Assembly: GCA_036507075.1 (NCBI GenBank)
Contig: DASXQR010000152.1
Coordinates: 1 to 64,000, forward strand
From: Acidobacteriota bacterium
Lineage (GTDB): Bacteria; Acidobacteriota; UBA6911; JACQSX01
DNA: 64,000 bases
Reading direction: 5' to 3'
In this document: piece after piece, positions 38,755 to 49,372 of the stretch
Layout: every line of letters starts with the position of its first letter
How positions within the stretch are numbered: position 1 is the stretch's first letter
Translations under genes and position numbers: made by a program
The notes under the pieces: generated by a model
Databases searched by the model: none
Seen by the model: only the letters and a program-made list of their open reading frames with translations
What the model was told of the DNA's origin: nothing

Positions 38755-40776
38755 TTATTGAGCCGCCACGGCGCCGGGCTGCAGATATTTTTCAAACCAT
38801 TCCAGATTTGACTGCCTGGCTTTAAGCACCATCTTGGGCTCGTTGGGGCCGTGAGGCATGCGCGGCAGGACGATCATGCGCGCCGGCACTCCCTGCGCGC
38901 GCAGCGCGTTGTACAGCTCGTATCCCTGCGATATGGGGACACGCTCATCTGCTTCCCCATGCTGGATCAGTGTCGGAGTAACTGCGCCCTTCACATTGAA
39001 CATCGCCGAATGCGCGCGGTACACTTCCAGGTCTTCCCAGGGTTGAGCGCCGAAATAGTCGGGCAGGAAATCCGGAATGTCCGCAGTGCCGGTGAAGCTC
39101 ATCAGATTTGTGACCCCGGCGCCGACCGACGCCGCTTTGAAGCGCTTCGTTTGCGTGATGATCCACGAGGTCATATATCCGCCGTAGCTCCAACCCATCA
39201 CACCGAGCCGGTCAGGATCGGCCACTCCCATTTCAATTACTTTATCGACTCCCGTCATCAGATCCTTGTAGTCTCCTCCACCCCAGTCCCGGACGTTGGC
39301 GCGCCGAAATTTCAAGCCATATCCGGATGATCCGCGAGGGTTGACGCGGAGCATCGCGTAGCCGCGCGACGCGAAGCTGTCCAGCGGATACACCGACCTG
39401 CTGCCTGCAAGAAAGCTGCGAGTAAAAACTCCCGCCGGCCCGCCGTGTACGATGAGCAGCAGCGGCACCCGCGTGCCGGGGCGGTAATTGACGGGATAGG
39501 TCAGGAGCCCTTCAATTTCCAGACCGTCGAAGCTCTTCCAGCGGATCACTTCCGTTTTGCCGAGCGGCAGCCGCGGCAGGTCCGCGTTGGCGCGGCTTAT
39601 CTGCACGGGCGCGAAGGTATCAACCCGGCTGGCAAACACCTCGGGAGCGCGGTCGGGTTTCTCCAGAACGAATCCAAACATCGTTTTTGATGGATTCAAA
39701 TTGACGCCGCTGAGAAGTTCATCGCCGCCGGCAATCTCGACGATCCGGTTCGAGCTAAGTTCCACGGCATAGATCCTGGTTCCGGTGCCATGAGTTTCGT
39801 CAAAATAGATCCGGCTGCCGTCCGCCGACCAATCGATCAGACGAGGTTGGCTGTCATGACTGGGGGCCAGGGTTCTGGGCGCCCCGCCGGTTGAGGGAAC
39901 CACTTGAACGGCCACGCTGCGAGCCCAGCGGGGTGGAATGTCGCTCACAATCATCGCGATATTTTTGCCATCCGGCGAATAAACCGGGTTCGATTCCGCC
40001 GCCGCTGTGGCGCTGATCGTTTTGATCTCCCTGGTGTTTACGTCGATTATGGAAACATCACTCGAGGTCCAGTCGTTGGGCTTGGGAGTCTTAACACGGG
40101 AGAACACGATGCTCTTTCCGTCCGGAGACCAGTCCAGGCTCTGAACACTGAATGAACTTCCGGTCAGACGGACCACCGGGCGCTTGTCGCCGGCATCCTT
40201 CCTCACGGCAACAATGTGGAGTTGATTCATTTTGATGTTCTCATCGACCCAGCGCGCATCATCCTTGCCTTTATTGGCTTTCTCCTCGTCATCGGCCGGC
40301 TGCTCCTTCATTATGAAAGCAAGCTGCTCACCGTCAGGCGACCAGGCAAACGAAATCACACCGGTCTTTACATCCGTGAGGGCTTCCGCTTCCCCGCCGT
40401 CGGCGCGTATGCGATAAAGATTGTTCTTACCCGAACGGTTGGAGACGAATGCAATCCAATTACCGTCGGGCGACCATTGCGGGTCGGTGGATGATTTCTC
40501 CGCAAACGTCATCTGGCGTACGCCACGTCCGTCCGATTGGGAGAGATATATCTGCGAGACGTATTCGCTTCTGTCGGCGGTGATGACGGCTTCGGTAACG
40601 GTATAGAGCACGCGGCTTCCATCCGGCGAAACGCGCGCGTTTCCGAGGCTCTTGACCTTCATCGCCAGCTCCGGAGTCCATCCGCTGAAGCTGTCGGAAG
40701 CGGCATTGACGGAATAAGATCCAAAGAACACAATGGCTATTGACGTAACCAGAATCAAGTAAGCTTTTTTCCGCAT
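38755..40776 (-). CDS. S9 family (prolyl oligopeptidase-like) serine peptidase
   Basis: WSPDG propeller repeats, VHGGP, GWSYGG, HGEADERVP, PHG; GGAGG RBS before ATG 40776. Confidence 0.92.
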   Translation of the reverse strand: MRKKAYLILVTSIAIVFFGSYSVNAASDSFSGWTPELAMKVKSLGNARVSPDGSRVLYTVTEAVITADRSEYVSQIYLSQSDGRGVRQMTFAEKSSTDPQWSPDGNWIAFVSNRSGKNNLYRIRADGGEAEALTDVKTGVISFAWSPDGEQLAFIMKEQPADDEEKANKGKDDARWVDENIKMNQLHIVAVRKDAGDKRPVVRLTGSSFSVQSLDWSPDGKSIVFSRVKTPKPNDWTSSDVSIIDVNTREIKTISATAAAESNPVYSPDGKNIAMIVSDIPPRWARSVAVQVVPSTGGAPRTLAPSHDSQPRLIDWSADGSRIYFDETHGTGTRIYAVELSSNRIVEIAGGDELLSGVNLNPSKTMFGFVLEKPDRAPEVFASRVDTFAPVQISRANADLPRLPLGKTEVIRWKSFDGLEIEGLLTYPVNYRPGTRVPLLLIVHGGPAGVFTRSFLAGSRSVYPLDSFASRGYAMLRVNPRGSSGYGLKFRRANVRDWGGGDYKDLMTGVDKVIEMGVADPDRLGVMGWSYGGYMTSWIITQTKRFKAASVGAGVTNLMSFTGTADIPDFLPDYFGAQPWEDLEVYRAHSAMFNVKGAVTPTLIQHGEADERVPISQGYELYNALRAQGVPARMIVLPRMPHGPNEPKMVLKARQSNLEWFEKYLQPGAVAAQ

Positions 40777-40807
40777 GATCAAACCTCCTCCAACTTTGTG
40801 AAAGAAT

Positions 40808-41023
40808 TCACCACAGGGACTTAGCGCGGCGAAGCCGCAACCAAAAGTCAAGGAGAGACGGCCTGAGGGCCGTCTCTCTGCGGTGCCCTGCCAAGCTGAG
40901 ACGGCCCTCAGGCCGTCTCTCCGCTACCAAATAATTTGTGCAGGCCGCGAAAATTCTCATGGTTAGTAGTACAGAGAGCACAGGGGACCGTTGTCTCTGT
41001 GGTCTCTGTACCCCTGTGGTGAA
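40808..41023 (+). mobile_element. Nested miniature element (second subfamily) inside a REP
   Basis: caccacaggg|AGCGCGGCGAAGCCGCAACCAAA ... GTTAGTAGTAC|agagagcac; inner GAGACGGCCTGAGGGCCGTCTC doublet. Confidence 0.6.
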
Positions 41024-41194
41024 TTCTTTCACGTTTTCATTCCCAGGGTCCGGCTGGTCAAATAAGGCAGCGTATGTCGCATTATATCGGACCTCTCCAA
41101 AGCCTAAAAGGGATTGCCCGGGAGGAATTCCGGATTATTATCAGCTCAACAGCCCGACACTCCTATTTTTTGTGAAGGGAAAACAGGAGGCATC

Positions 41195-41971
41195 ATGCGA
41201 ACCGTTACTTTTCTCATGGGTTTAGCTCTCTTTGTCTCTGTTGCGGCAGCACAAACTCTCTCCGACATCGCGGCGGGAAAGGTTCGCGTGGTTGATCTTT
41301 GTTATGCGCTGAACTCAAAGAACTCCTACTGGCCGATCGGCGATTACCACCCTTTCCGGTTCCGCACCATCGCCATACTGAAAAAGGACGGCGTCTTTTC
41401 AGGCGAGTACTCCACTCCCGAACATCTCGGCACGCACCTGGACGCGCCCAACCATTTTGAAGCGAACCGGAAATCCGTGGATCAAATCACCCTGCCGGAA
41501 CTGGTGGCGCCCTTTGTGGTGATCGATATTACGCCGGAAGCGTTACGAGATCCGGACACGATGCTCACCCTGTCGCAGGTGCGCCAGTGGGAGGTTAAGA
41601 ACGGCGCCATTCCACGCGCGTCGGTCGTTCTGCTGCGGACAGGCTGGAACCGTTACTGGGCCACGCCCCGCTACAGCAATATGGACGCGCAGCAGACACT
41701 GCATTTCCCGGGTTACTCCCCGGAAGCCGCCGCGTTTCTGGTCCAGTCCAGAGACATTCGCGGCATCGGGATTGACGATCTGAGCGTGGACCGCGGTCTG
41801 TCCAAGAAATTCGAGGTGCATCACATTGTAAACGGCGCGCAGAAATATCATCTCGAGAACGTCGCCAATCTGGACAAGCTTCCCTCCCGCGGGGGATTTC
41901 TGATCGTGGCGCCGATAAAAATCGAGGGAGGCTCCGGAGGACAAGCTCGAATCTGGGCGGTACTCCCCTGA
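41195..41971 (+). CDS. Cyclase/kynurenine formamidase family protein, exported
   Basis: HLGTHLDAPNH, LLRTGW, GIGID, HLEN, GGSGGQAR; signal peptide. Confidence 0.87.
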   Translation: MRTVTFLMGLALFVSVAAAQTLSDIAAGKVRVVDLCYALNSKNSYWPIGDYHPFRFRTIAILKKDGVFSGEYSTPEHLGTHLDAPNHFEANRKSVDQITLPELVAPFVVIDITPEALRDPDTMLTLSQVRQWEVKNGAIPRASVVLLRTGWNRYWATPRYSNMDAQQTLHFPGYSPEAAAFLVQSRDIRGIGIDDLSVDRGLSKKFEVHHIVNGAQKYHLENVANLDKLPSRGGFLIVAPIKIEGGSGGQARIWAVLP

Positions 41972-42126
41972 AAATGAAAGACTAAACCGCCAAGAACGCC
42001 AAGAACGCTAAGGCTCTAATTTGGCGTAAGGTGGCTGTCTGCAAACGGCTGACATTTCCGGAGAAGTGTTACGTAGCACCCTTGCTGAAACTGAATAGCC
42101 TGATTGAAAAGATATTCTTGGCGTTC

Positions 42127-43695
42127 TTAGCGTTCTTTGCGGTTCAAACGCTTTTCACTGCGGAGGCCGGCAAAGACTGCGCGGGCGCGTTGGAAAAGCG
42201 AGAGCATAGCGGCGCGATGCGCGGGTTCGCGGAAGCCGCTCTCCTGCTTGTAGAATTCGATCTCGCGATCCATCCAGTCCAGGAAAAACCGCACATCCTC
42301 TTCCGGCGCGGGCGCGGGGTCTCCCAGGTCCAGATAAATGGGACTGCTGTGTGCGAAGCGAACGGTTTGATCCGGCACCTCGAAGCAGCGCGCCGAGATC
42401 CATCCCGATTTTTGCACAGGCAAATCAAACTCCAGAGTGTGCTTTTTCGACTCAACGGCTGCCGTGCGGATCACTTTCCCGTCCTGCACTATGTCGAGTT
42501 GCTGCAGCCGGCCGGCTGACAGGGACTCTGCGCGCACGCGAACCTTTCTCCCTTTGCGGTCAAGCTTCAGCGTCGATCCCGGCTGCCGCCCGTCAACCGT
42601 GAAAAAAAGCATCGGGCCGTTGGTGCCAAAACTGCGCCCCGCCTTCAGGGAAGCAAACCAGCTCGCATAACTGAACGGCTCCTGCAGGCTCACATATACA
42701 CGGTTATAACCAAGCGGTGAAGCCTTCACACCCGAAGCGCTGCCCGCGGAAACGGGTAGACGAAAGCCACAATTGAGGAAATGGTAGTAAACTTCCATGC
42801 TCCAAAAAGGCATTCCCTGCGGCGTGTTGAATTCCGTCCGCCACTTGGGAATCATTCCCCAGCGATCCGTTTCCAGTTCAACTCCGTTGCGATTGAAGTG
42901 ATTGTGGACGATTCCGGCAAAGTCGACATGCCCGAGAGCCACCAGCGCCGCCGTGTCGCGCCAGGTGATTTTCTCCGCGTCGACGTATCCACCCTGGGCA
43001 TGTGCCTGCGTGCAGTAAACGTCGTCGGGCGGATAAAACCGGTAACCGTCGAACAATATGGGCGCGCGCAAGCCCAAAAGGTCCACTGCACCGGGGCCGC
43101 GCTCCAGCCTCTCGACTTCTTTGTCAAGGACGCTGTAGCTGTGAAACGGATCCACCTGGCGTATCGGATTAGAAGTCTGCGGCGGCGTTGAGCGCGGTCG
43201 ATCTTCCCAGATCCAGTCAGCCAGCGTCGGCGCCAGATTCAGGTCTTCGGCCGCCAGCAGTGCGGGCATCTCGTCCGGCTTGCGATGGTTGTGCAGATCG
43301 GCGGAGAACCAGCCGAGCCGGTTCATGTCAATCCATCGCTGCAGGCGCGCGGTCACATTCTGCCCCTGTCCCGCCGCCACGGCGACTGGAGAAGTCCAGG
43401 GCAGGAACTCCGGACCCCGCTCAATGCGAAGCGTGTAGCGCCCGCCCGGCAATGTCAGTTGGGCGCTGCCGCTGACGATGAAGTGGTGTTCGGCATTTTT
43501 GTCATACCGGATCGCATCGGCGGGATAAAAGCTTGCGCCACTCTCGTCGACCAGATACGCGCGGGCCGCAGCAGGCGCGCCTGAGCGGGCATCCAGAATT
43601 TCGATTTTCAGCCGGCCTGTCTGAGAGTCCGTTTTCTGATTAAATCCGAGAAAAGACACCGCGCACAGGGTCAGCGCCAGTTTGCTTAATCGCAT
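42127..43695 (-). CDS. CehA/McbA-family metallohydrolase
   Basis: ERGPEF, WFSADLHNH, LNCGFRLP, GYNRVYV, GRSFGTNGP, AHSSPIY. Confidence 0.75.
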   Translation of the reverse strand: MRLSKLALTLCAVSFLGFNQKTDSQTGRLKIEILDARSGAPAAARAYLVDESGASFYPADAIRYDKNAEHHFIVSGSAQLTLPGGRYTLRIERGPEFLPWTSPVAVAAGQGQNVTARLQRWIDMNRLGWFSADLHNHRKPDEMPALLAAEDLNLAPTLADWIWEDRPRSTPPQTSNPIRQVDPFHSYSVLDKEVERLERGPGAVDLLGLRAPILFDGYRFYPPDDVYCTQAHAQGGYVDAEKITWRDTAALVALGHVDFAGIVHNHFNRNGVELETDRWGMIPKWRTEFNTPQGMPFWSMEVYYHFLNCGFRLPVSAGSASGVKASPLGYNRVYVSLQEPFSYASWFASLKAGRSFGTNGPMLFFTVDGRQPGSTLKLDRKGRKVRVRAESLSAGRLQQLDIVQDGKVIRTAAVESKKHTLEFDLPVQKSGWISARCFEVPDQTVRFAHSSPIYLDLGDPAPAPEEDVRFFLDWMDREIEFYKQESGFREPAHRAAMLSLFQRARAVFAGLRSEKRLNRKER

Positions 43696-43766
43696 AAATT
43701 CGCGTCTGGATTTCTCAGTCCGGCAGTCTCTCAGTCCCTCAGTCCCTCAATCCCTCAATCCCTATT

Positions 43767-44582
43767 TCATTTCTCAACAACCGGTTTTGAAAACAGGTCG
43801 TCGCTCAGGGGCGGGGAAGGATTGTAAATGATCTCGTCCATGAAAAGCTGCGATGAAGCCTGGCCGTCGGTGAAATTGTCCAGGCGCATCGATGTCAGAA
43901 TGCCTCCCTTCGGATGCCACTGGTAGAACTCGGTCGCTTCCTTGTGCTTGTTTCCGCGCGCATCCATGCTGGTATATTCCATGCGCGACGGCAGATGCGT
44001 CTTGACATCGAAATAAATGATCACGCTGTCGTTCTCGGCGTCGATCATTTCCACTGCTTCCGAGTCGTCCTTGGATGACAATTCTCCCGGTCCGTAATAA
44101 AAGAAAGACATGCCCGGTTCTTTGAGTCTGTCCCGCAGCAGGTTGTCGATGCTGTGCTTGACGGTTTCGTGAAATTGCTTTACTTCTTCTGGCTTGGCTT
44201 CCTTGATCACCGACTTCCCTTCCATGTGCCAGCCCGAATTCGTGGCAAGGTTGAAAATGGTGACCTCCTTGTTTTTTCCTTCGCCAAGCTGGAAGCGAGA
44301 CTTGTCGGGGAGTCGCGTGAAATCAAAATACTTCCAGTGCCCCGCAGTCTGGCCGTCTTTGAAGATGAAATAGTTCCCGCGGCTGCGCATCTCTTTTACC
44401 TGCCGGAACTGATTGCCGCCCATAGCGTCGATCGATTTTTCGATTATCGCGAGAGCTTTCTGGCGGGCTTTTTCCTTGTCGGATAGCTTTTCGCTGGATT
44501 GCGCGGGTAGAGAAGTGAAAAGCGTGATCACCACAGAGGCACAGAGGACACAGAGTCGAATGGCGTTGAGTCGATTACGCAT
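43767..44582 (-). CDS. Exported hypothetical protein (possible lipoprotein-sorting-like fold)
   Basis: Signal peptide, IEKSIDAMGG, FDVKTHLPSRM, C-terminal LSDDLFSKP. Confidence 0.6.
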   Translation of the reverse strand: MRNRLNAIRLCVLCASVVITLFTSLPAQSSEKLSDKEKARQKALAIIEKSIDAMGGNQFRQVKEMRSRGNYFIFKDGQTAGHWKYFDFTRLPDKSRFQLGEGKNKEVTIFNLATNSGWHMEGKSVIKEAKPEEVKQFHETVKHSIDNLLRDRLKEPGMSFFYYGPGELSSKDDSEAVEMIDAENDSVIIYFDVKTHLPSRMEYTSMDARGNKHKEATEFYQWHPKGGILTSMRLDNFTDGQASSQLFMDEIIYNPSPPLSDDLFSKPVVEK

Positions 44583-44589
44583 TGTTCAA

Positions 44590-45621
44590 TCAATCTCCGA
44601 TGTAGCGGGCGTAAAGTGTTTTGGCGGTTCCGGGATCGCTTGTTCCTTTTACAATCGCGCGGCCGTCGGGAAATACCGTAAGTTCATGCGGCGAGATTCC
44701 AAACCTCAGCAGGTAATTCGATACCCGGACGGGCCCGAGGGACCGCAGGCGCTGCTCCAGCAGATTCAAATCGAGCCGCTGTTTTTGCCGCGGCACAATT
44801 TGCACCGAGTCCCTTCCACACAGCATGGTCGCCGTGGTTTCCTCTCTACCCTGCAGGAACTCGAATTTCCGCCGGCCGCAGCAGGCGCAGTCCGGGTCTG
44901 CATCCGAATATCTGACTTCCTGAAACCGATTGGACCAGGCGTCAAACGTGAGTAATGCGCGTCGAACCTGCAGGCGTGCCCCTGACACGATTTTCAGCGC
45001 TTCGGTGACTTGAATCGAAGCCACCCATTTGGGAACGGACGTGACAATTCCCGCCGTGTCACAGGTGGGTCCTTCGCCCGGCAGCGGTGCTTTCGGAAAG
45101 AGGCAGCGCAGACAAAGCGTCTCGCCCGGGAGGAACGAAGCGGTGGCGCCGGTCGCGGCCACACACGCGCCGTAGATCCAGGGCGTGTTCAGCTTTACCG
45201 AGCAGTCGTTAATCAGATAACGGGCCTGGAAATTGTCGGTGCCGTCCAGCACCACATCTGCGCCCTCTACGAATTGTTCCGCATTGGATGAATTGAAATC
45301 CTCCACCTCGGCCTGAATGCGGCAGCTTGAATTGATTCTCTTCAGAGCGCTTTCCAATGCCACTGCCTTCGGCAGCGACTGGCGCGCGTCCTCTTCCGAA
45401 AAGAGCGTCTGCCGCTGGAGATTGCTCCATTCGACAAAATCGCGGTCCACCAGCTTCAATACTCCGACACCCGAGCGCGCCAGCATCTCGGCTTGCGCCG
45501 AGCCAAGCGCTCCGCAGCCGATGATCAGGGCCGTCGAGCGGCAAATGCGCGCCTGGCCTTCCTCTCCGATCCCGGCAAAAAAAACGTGCCGCGAATATCT
45601 TTCTGCGTCAAACGAGGGCAT
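44590..45621 (-). CDS. ThiF/MoeB family adenylyltransferase
   Basis: RYSRH, GCGALG, DRDFVEWSNLQRQ, DGTDN, CLRC, CACC, LCGRDSVQ. Confidence 0.9.
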   Translation of the reverse strand: MPSFDAERYSRHVFFAGIGEEGQARICRSTALIIGCGALGSAQAEMLARSGVGVLKLVDRDFVEWSNLQRQTLFSEEDARQSLPKAVALESALKRINSSCRIQAEVEDFNSSNAEQFVEGADVVLDGTDNFQARYLINDCSVKLNTPWIYGACVAATGATASFLPGETLCLRCLFPKAPLPGEGPTCDTAGIVTSVPKWVASIQVTEALKIVSGARLQVRRALLTFDAWSNRFQEVRYSDADPDCACCGRRKFEFLQGREETTATMLCGRDSVQIVPRQKQRLDLNLLEQRLRSLGPVRVSNYLLRFGISPHELTVFPDGRAIVKGTSDPGTAKTLYARYIGD

Positions 45622-45680
45622 CCCTCAATTGTAAGGCCAAGACGGTAAAATCTGAAAAAAACTCATGTTCCCTAGCTAGG

Positions 45681-45843
45681 CTCTCTGTGCAACAAGTTGG
45701 CAACTTCTTGTTTTTTCGACAAGATTTCAGAAAACATCCGGTCACGTCAACGTCGACGTTTATCGACTACGTGCACGTGCACGTGGCGGTCCCCGGCTCT
45801 TTCTTTGGTTGCGGCCTAAGGTCGAGCTGTGTCTTTGTGATGA
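45681..45843 (-). mobile_element. Internally deleted copy of the nested miniature element
   Basis: Same ends (gtgcaacaagttggcaac / ttggttgcggcc..cgagct), shorter interior. Confidence 0.65.
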
Positions 45844-45919
45844 AATTTTTTCCGACCACAAAGGCACAAAGGTCACGGAGAACACCAATTTCCAGGGGTT
45901 TTTGCTATAATTGACCCCC

Positions 45920-48289
45920 ATGAAGAAGGCGCCGTCGGTGCAGGCGCGTCCGCTCCAAAAGGCTAAAGCGGGTCGGAGTCTTCCGATTCGAATCCTCCTC
46001 CTGAGCCTGGCAATTCTGGTAGTGGGATTTGCGTCTGTCGTTCTTTTTCTCTATTCCAAATACTCGATTCGCGTTGAGGCCAAGCTGCGCGAAGGGCTGC
46101 AGCAATACACGGCCGAAATTTACGCGCGCCCCTTTGTTCTCACCGCGGGTCATAATCTGAATTCCCCGCAGCTAGGCCGGCGCCTGGAAAGACTTGGATA
46201 TGTTCGCAGCTTGAGCCGCACTCCGCGAAATTTCCGCCTTACCGCCCTGGGAATCGAACTCATCAACCAGCGGGCTGAAACAATCGACGTTCAATTCAAG
46301 AACGGCAAAATAGAAAAACTGAACCGCGACTACAAACCCGTGGATCAGGTGGAGCTGGACCCGGAACGAATCTCCAGCCTTTCCGACTCTTCCGGCAAGA
46401 AGCGAAAGTTCGTGCCTTTTCAGGATATGCCCGAGGCGCTTGTCAAGGCGGTACTGGCGGCCGAGGATCGACGCTTCTTTGATCATTCCGGAGTGGATCT
46501 GTGGCGGCTGTTCAAAGCAGCCACTGTGGATCTGCGCAGCAGCGAGTACACCCAGGGCGCCAGCACGCTCACGCAGCAGTACGTGAAGAACACCTTCCTT
46601 ACTCCCGAGAAGAGGTTCAAGCGAAAATTCGAAGAGATCTGCATTTCTCTTATTCTGGAGACCCGCCTCACGAAGCGGCAGATCTTTGAACTTTACGCCA
46701 ATGAGATTTACCTGGGCCAGAGAGGTCCATACAGCATCACCGGTTTCGGCGAAGCGGCGGCCGTTTACTTTCACAAAAGCCTGCGCGAGCTGACATTGTC
46801 CGAAGCGGCATTCCTGGCGGGGATCCTGCCGGCGCCGAACCGCTTCAATCCTTATCGCAACGGGGAGAAGGCGCTCAAGCAGCGCAACCGTGTGCTGGAC
46901 GCAATGGAGGAGAACAGCTTTATCACCTTGAATGAGAAGCTGGCGGCCAAGAGTGAGACGCTGCGGTTTAAGCCCGAGATCACTTACGATTATCTGGAGG
47001 CGCCCTACTTCGTCAATTATGTCGAGTCCCGGCTGGCGGGCCGTTTCAGCCGCGAGGAACTGTATAAGAAGAGCTATCGAATCTACACTTCGCTGCATCC
47101 CGATTTGCAGCAAGCGGCGCATGAGGCGATTCAGGAAGTCGGTGCTGCTGTCGACAAGCTGGTGGCACGCAAAAAGAGCTCGGGAAAACCGCAAATGGCG
47201 CTGGTGGCCATCGATCCCCGCAGCGGGGAAATCCTGGCCATGGTCGGCGGAAGGAACTTTGGGCAGTCCCAGTACAATCGCGTAATTGAAGCACACCGCC
47301 AGCCCGGTTCGTCCTTCAAGCCCTTCGTATATGCTGCCGCTCTTGAAACGCCTTTCACAGATTCGATGATCAAGATTACCCCGGCCAAAACCTATGTGGA
47401 CGAGCCGGTGACGTTCACCTTTGGCAATCAGACATACACACCGAAAAGTTTGAGCGGCAAATACCTGGGCCTGGTGAACCTGCGTCAGGCCCTGATGCTC
47501 AGCCTGAACGTGCCGACCGTCGAACTGGCGCAGGAGATCGGCTACGATCAAGTGGTGAAGCTGGCGCGCAAATGCGGCTTTGACGAAAACGTCAAGCCTT
47601 ATCCTTCCATTGCGCTCGGAGCCTTTGAAGTCACCCCCCTCGAAATCGCCCAGGCATACTGCGTTTTTCCCAAGTTGGGAAGATTTCAGCGCGCGCACGG
47701 CATTTACCGCATTGAATCCAGCACCGGCGCCTACAAGGAGGATGTACCCCCCGCCGTACCGGTGATACATCCTGAAACGGCATATCTAGTGACATCCCTC
47801 ATGCAGTCGGTGCTCGATCGAGGAACCGGCGCCAGGGCGCGACAGCTTGGATTTGATCTGCCGGCGGCGGGCAAGACCGGCAGCAGCAACGACGGATGGT
47901 TCATTGGTTTCACGCCGGATCTGCTTTGCGCCACCTGGGTCGGCTTTGACGACAACCGCGATACCACCAACCTGCTGGGAGCCAACTCGGCGCTGCCGAT
48001 CTGGACTGCGTTCATGAAGCGCGCTAAAGAGGTGCTTCCCTTAAGCGGAGCCGGATTTCCCAGGCCTCAAAACATCGTCACGGTGGATATCGATCCCGAT
48101 ACGGGTCTGCTGGCAACGGCCGCCTGCGGCAAGGTGAGCGCGGAGAATTTCGTCGCGGGGACCGAACCGACAACCTTTTGCCAAGTCGACCACGCAACGC
48201 TCACTTTGACATCGGAGACAAAAACGACCGAGGCCGACAAAGAGAAAAAGCCGGGGATATTGAAAAAGCTGCTGGGAGTTTTCAATTAG
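45920..48289 (+). CDS. Class A penicillin-binding protein (PBP1B-like)
   Basis: TM anchor, UB2H-like region, EDRRFFDH, GASTLTQQ, SSFK, SLN and KTG motifs. Confidence 0.92.
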   Translation: MKKAPSVQARPLQKAKAGRSLPIRILLLSLAILVVGFASVVLFLYSKYSIRVEAKLREGLQQYTAEIYARPFVLTAGHNLNSPQLGRRLERLGYVRSLSRTPRNFRLTALGIELINQRAETIDVQFKNGKIEKLNRDYKPVDQVELDPERISSLSDSSGKKRKFVPFQDMPEALVKAVLAAEDRRFFDHSGVDLWRLFKAATVDLRSSEYTQGASTLTQQYVKNTFLTPEKRFKRKFEEICISLILETRLTKRQIFELYANEIYLGQRGPYSITGFGEAAAVYFHKSLRELTLSEAAFLAGILPAPNRFNPYRNGEKALKQRNRVLDAMEENSFITLNEKLAAKSETLRFKPEITYDYLEAPYFVNYVESRLAGRFSREELYKKSYRIYTSLHPDLQQAAHEAIQEVGAAVDKLVARKKSSGKPQMALVAIDPRSGEILAMVGGRNFGQSQYNRVIEAHRQPGSSFKPFVYAAALETPFTDSMIKITPAKTYVDEPVTFTFGNQTYTPKSLSGKYLGLVNLRQALMLSLNVPTVELAQEIGYDQVVKLARKCGFDENVKPYPSIALGAFEVTPLEIAQAYCVFPKLGRFQRAHGIYRIESSTGAYKEDVPPAVPVIHPETAYLVTSLMQSVLDRGTGARARQLGFDLPAAGKTGSSNDGWFIGFTPDLLCATWVGFDDNRDTTNLLGANSALPIWTAFMKRAKEVLPLSGAGFPRPQNIVTVDIDPDTGLLATAACGKVSAENFVAGTEPTTFCQVDHATLTLTSETKTTEADKEKKPGILKKLLGVFN

Positions 48290-48314
48290 ACACTCCGGCA
48301 GCCACGATCAAGAG

Positions 48315-48439
48315 AAAAGCCGTCTACGTCCACGTGCACGACCACGTCAACGTCCACGACAACATTCATAAGTAACGTCGTTTGTCGGTCGTCAACGTAG
48401 ACGTGGACGTTGACGTGGTCGTGCACGTAGACGGCTTTT
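48315..48439. repeat. Stand-alone hexamer-built palindrome (AAAGCCGTC...GACGGCTTT)
   Basis: Near-perfect inverted repeat between convergent genes, A/U tracts on both sides; likely a bidirectional terminator. Confidence 0.8.
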
Positions 48440-48476
48440 TTTACTCACGGCTTCGCGGCTTTATCTTGTAGTCCGA

Positions 48477-49196
48477 TTACTCGGCGTTCAGCACCTGAAT
48501 CGCATCGGCCACTGAAACTTTTCCTTCGTAAATAGCTTTTCCCACGATTACCCCGTCCAACCGGGGCAGCTCTGTCGCCAGAAGGCGCAGATCATCCAGC
48601 GAGGAAATTCCACCCGACGCGATTACGCTGAACTCCGCCTGCACGACTTCTCTCAATAAACTCAGATTGGGGCCGGAGAGCATGCCGTCGCGGGCTATGT
48701 CCGTTACAATCACTCTTTGGAGCGCAGCCTCACGCAATGCATCGAGAAAGGCCGTGACAGTGACCCCGCTGTCTTCCGTCCAGCCTGCCACTCGCACCGT
48801 GCCATCCTGGGTATCAATCCCGACTGCCAGCCTTTCGGAAAACTCATTGCCCCATTGGCGCAGCAGTTCCGGGTTGAGGGCGGCCGTGCCTGCAACGCAG
48901 CGGGCGACACCGTAGCGAAAAGCCTTGCGCAGCGCGTCCGACGTCCGAAGCCCGCCGCCCATTTGGATCTGCGCTCCGGAAACCGCCGCGATTTCTCGAA
49001 TGACGGGGAGGTTGACCTGCACGCCGGTAAAGGCGCCGTTCAGGTCGACCACATGAATCCAGCGCGCGCCCGCAGCCGCGAACTGCCGGGCGATCTGCAG
49101 CGGTTGCTCCGAGTAGACGGTGACATCCCGAGGGTCGCCCCTGCGCAACCGCACACATTTGCCATCGAGCAAATCAATCGCCGGGTAAAGCTGCAT
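48477..49196 (-). CDS. hisA: ProFAR isomerase
   Basis: YPAIDL..GKCVRL, HVVDLNGA, GGGLR, TDIARDGMLSGPN, ASGG. Confidence 0.93.
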   Translation of the reverse strand: MQLYPAIDLLDGKCVRLRRGDPRDVTVYSEQPLQIARQFAAAGARWIHVVDLNGAFTGVQVNLPVIREIAAVSGAQIQMGGGLRTSDALRKAFRYGVARCVAGTAALNPELLRQWGNEFSERLAVGIDTQDGTVRVAGWTEDSGVTVTAFLDALREAALQRVIVTDIARDGMLSGPNLSLLREVVQAEFSVIASGGISSLDDLRLLATELPRLDGVIVGKAIYEGKVSVADAIQVLNAE

Positions 49197-49372
49197 CAGT
49201 TCAAAAAACTTGAACCGCCAAGAACGCAAAGAGCGCCAAGAATATCGGGCATCATTTGCCGTAAAGCTGGAGTTTCCAGCGATCGTTACCCAATCGCGGG
49301 GGAGTAATCCAAACTATCACTGCAGCACCACATCAAACACTCTTTGCGTGCTTGGCGCTCTTGGCGGTTCCC

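Noticed and set aside
46172..47770. Long antisense ORFs (also 7350-8498, 57937-59286, 63080-63901)
   Set aside because: They are shadows of well-supported genes in GC-rich DNA and have no recognisable motifs
48178..48440. His-rich short ORF (VYVHVHDHVNVHD) next to the his cluster as an attenuator leader
   Set aside because: It lies downstream of the cluster on the opposite strand and is the translation of a hexamer repeat also found at 27.6, 28.9, 45.8, 56.7 and 59.3 kb
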